64,000 bases of DNA from Macrostomum hystrix (lineage: Eukaryota > Animalia > Platyhelminthes): positions 13,702,001 through 13,766,000 of the forward strand of contig CATNEN010000039.1 of assembly GCA_950097015.1 (NCBI GenBank). The letters are read 5' to 3'. Below, in pieces: positions 63,301 through 64,000 of this stretch. Positions within the stretch are counted from its first letter, which is position 1, and every line of letters begins with the position of its first letter. The notes below the pieces were generated by a model, which saw only the letters and a program-made list of their open reading frames with translations, was not told the DNA's origin and made no database searches. The position numbers were made by a program, and so were the translations under genes.

Positions 63301-63916
63301 TTAATAGTCTTTCGACAATATTAAATACTTTGTGTTTTCAACAATGAGTTCAGTTCGGTGTAATTCTACAAAATTCGCATAGGAACCGATACGGCCGCTG
63401 GGTGCACAACATCAACATCTTCATCTACGTGATCTTCTTGGCTTCGCTGACCTTCTTCATTGTCACCTATCCATCCATCAAGCACGTCGACGACCCGGCC
63501 CTGTTAGATAAGTGCTCGCTGAAGGTGAGATTTCATTTTGCTTGCACTACTACTCAGTAGGTAGTAGCAGACAACCGATAATTTTAGAAGAAAAAAATAT
63601 AATTATAAAAATAGCAGTTTTCAGTCCATGGACTGTTGTTCCGTCCATGGACTGGGGGGCCATCAATTTTACTGCATGACGGTGAACTAAAGCATGAAGT
63701 TTCCGAACCTTTCCCGACCTCTAGGTCAAAATTCAAACAGTCAGATTATCGCTTCGATTAATATACTCGTAGATGGCAACAATAAATTTTAATTTGCAGA
63801 ACTTTAGTAAGGTCAGGCCCATGGACTACTATGCCATGGTGTTAATACCGGTCATTCTGCTATCCGCGTTCTCGTTTATCAACATCTGCAAGGAAGTAAT
63901 GCAGATGGTGCAACAG
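51363..63916 (+). CDS. TRPA1: TRPA1-type ankyrin-repeat cation channel, 3'-truncated by the window; exons 51363-51707, 52293-52449, 52942-53228, 57568-58014, 58281-58484, 58729-59051, 59522-59636, 62275-62523, 62618-62656, 62768-62866, 63220-63290, 63383-63524, 63800-63916
   Basis: Long run of ankyrin repeats (G.TPLH.A), then TRPA1 linker motifs CP..E.IQYLPEC, YDFKLLQ, MV..NR..LL.HPLC..YL.MKW, S1 (NIFIYVIFLASLTFFIV) and S2 ending KEVMQMVQQ. All junctions are GT-AG and in phase. Confidence 0.9.
51725..51978 (+). mobile_element. SINE family A head plus an inverted 3' fragment
   Basis: Head at 51725-51855; GACTCCTGAGCACACA at about 51961-51976 is the reverse complement of the A body. Confidence 0.65.
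51995..52226 (-). mobile_element. SINE family B, diverged
   Basis: Shared head and body in reverse complement. Confidence 0.7.
52475..52880 (+). repeat. 16-bp minisatellite, locus 4 (TRPA1 intron 2)
   Basis: Direct reading. Confidence 0.95.
53240..53555 (-). mobile_element. SINE family B, full length
   Basis: Complete head, CORE-like domain, palindrome and ATT tail. Confidence 0.85.
53586..53880 (+). mobile_element. SINE family A, near full length
   Basis: Intact box A and box B (GAGTTCGATTCC) and full body. Confidence 0.85.
54163..55686 (+). CDS. Cytochrome P450, CYP2 clan-like, intronless, nested in TRPA1 intron 3
   Basis: 507-aa intact ORF: N-terminal membrane anchor, PPSPGWYPLVG hinge, W...R, AGTDTT I-helix, EEVNR (ExxR), PERH, FGIGKRACLG heme motif. 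Confidence 0.95.
   Translation: MILTVLLCLLAFVLYFLLVLKAPKPSDPPSPGWYPLVGSLPFLREPLEEFLNEDRFTKQPVVVLYLGLEKLYCLNTYEAIKEAFITQGDKFLGRQSTFILRELTGEKAGIILSEDEQWRLYRRLSLRTLRDFGFGRQGAEEIILNEVGELCSRIEADGIQAGQALDTVPLLSTAVSNVICQMVFGTRLASEDPDFSRILDMFQRITQSQNNRTRGMLFQLHQRYYAKFTPLLRLVMAIRRKQINIFAGLIDFCRQQLAKHKAELGSPEHPRDYIEAFLHQQAVDPAEFNDVRLSLAVLDLFLAGTDTTSQTLRWAILFLIENPQAERRMLEEIRSVVGTDRQVSMKDRSRLHYTQALIEEVNRMACLAQLGVAHRCTEAARVCGYEIPRDALVVFNIYNVHNSADHFPQPELFQPERHLDADGRYSPNEHLVTFGIGKRACLGESLARMELFLFLTNLVQKFAFRLDIAETRTMAEIKANPGHQGGGIRAPAKHRILFSSRPDDSSY
55771..55776 (+). terminator. Probable polyadenylation signal of the nested P450
   Basis: AATAAA about 85 nt after the P450 stop codon. Confidence 0.5.
55795..56280. 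repeat. 10-bp array (ACTGATRGAG) immediately after the P450 poly(A) signal
   Basis: Direct reading. Confidence 0.95.
56733..57472 (-). repeat. 16-bp minisatellite (GAGATGAGACACGGGA on plus strand), locus 5
   Basis: Direct reading. Confidence 0.95.
58518..58688. repeat. 14-bp perfect array (CTTCAGGAAGTAAA), about 12 units, filling TRPA1 intron 5
   Basis: Direct reading. Confidence 0.95.
59178..59500 (+). mobile_element. SINE family A, near full length with (TAT)n tail
   Basis: Matches family A along its length. Confidence 0.8.
59730..60007. repeat. 48-bp array (AGCTAACCGATCGATAATTCTATAAATAGATGACGGAGTCGGGAAAAC), about 5.5 units
   Basis: Direct reading. Confidence 0.95.
61977..62225 (+). mobile_element. 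SINE family A, diverged
   Basis: GTGGCAGAGCGGTTAACGCG head and CCTGACGATGAGAAGGTCAGGGCAGATGTAC body. Confidence 0.65.
63618..63725 (-). mobile_element. SINE family B remnant
   Basis: CAGTCCATGGACTG plus a near-copy, and GGTGAACT / CCCGACCT fragments. Confidence 0.5.
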
Positions 63917-64000
63917 GTGGGTACATTCAATCGGTGTTACATAGAAATTCAAAGTAATTATTGATTAAACACGGACACTATAGTTGGCAAGCAATGCCTT

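Noticed and set aside
260-63916. Apparent neuro-sensory cluster (DEG/ENaC, protocadherin, TRPA1)
   Set aside because: The genes are interspersed with condensin and others and belong to large families; no synteny evidence is available.

Overview
Eukaryotic, intron-containing invertebrate animal DNA. GC-rich exons with poly-Gln/poly-Ala tracts and many unrelated minisatellite arrays suggest a free-living flatworm such as Macrostomum, but this is inference only. Seven protein-coding genes are supported by motifs and splice-phase tracing: a 2-exon DEG/ENaC channel, an intronless secreted C-type lectin, 6-exon condensin I kleisin CAP-H/Barren, an intronless divergent HMG-box ORF, a 7-EC protocadherin on the minus strand, a TRPA1-type channel (13 coding exons seen, runs off the window), and an intact intronless CYP2-clan P450 nested on the same strand in TRPA1 intron 3. 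Non-coding DNA holds two tRNA-headed SINE families (about 18 copies or fragments), three non-autonomous TIR DNA transposons and about 20 tandem arrays. Most long ORFs in the track are translations of those arrays. Top leads: (1) a hAT-type element with a perfect 8-bp TSD, nested in another TIR element, carries a 64-nt 28S rRNA H69-H71 copy rewritten mainly at the R2/I-PpoI target; (2) the P450 inside TRPA1; (3) a collapsed hammerhead-like motif in one SINE family; (4) a 9-nt microexon candidate in the protocadherin tail.
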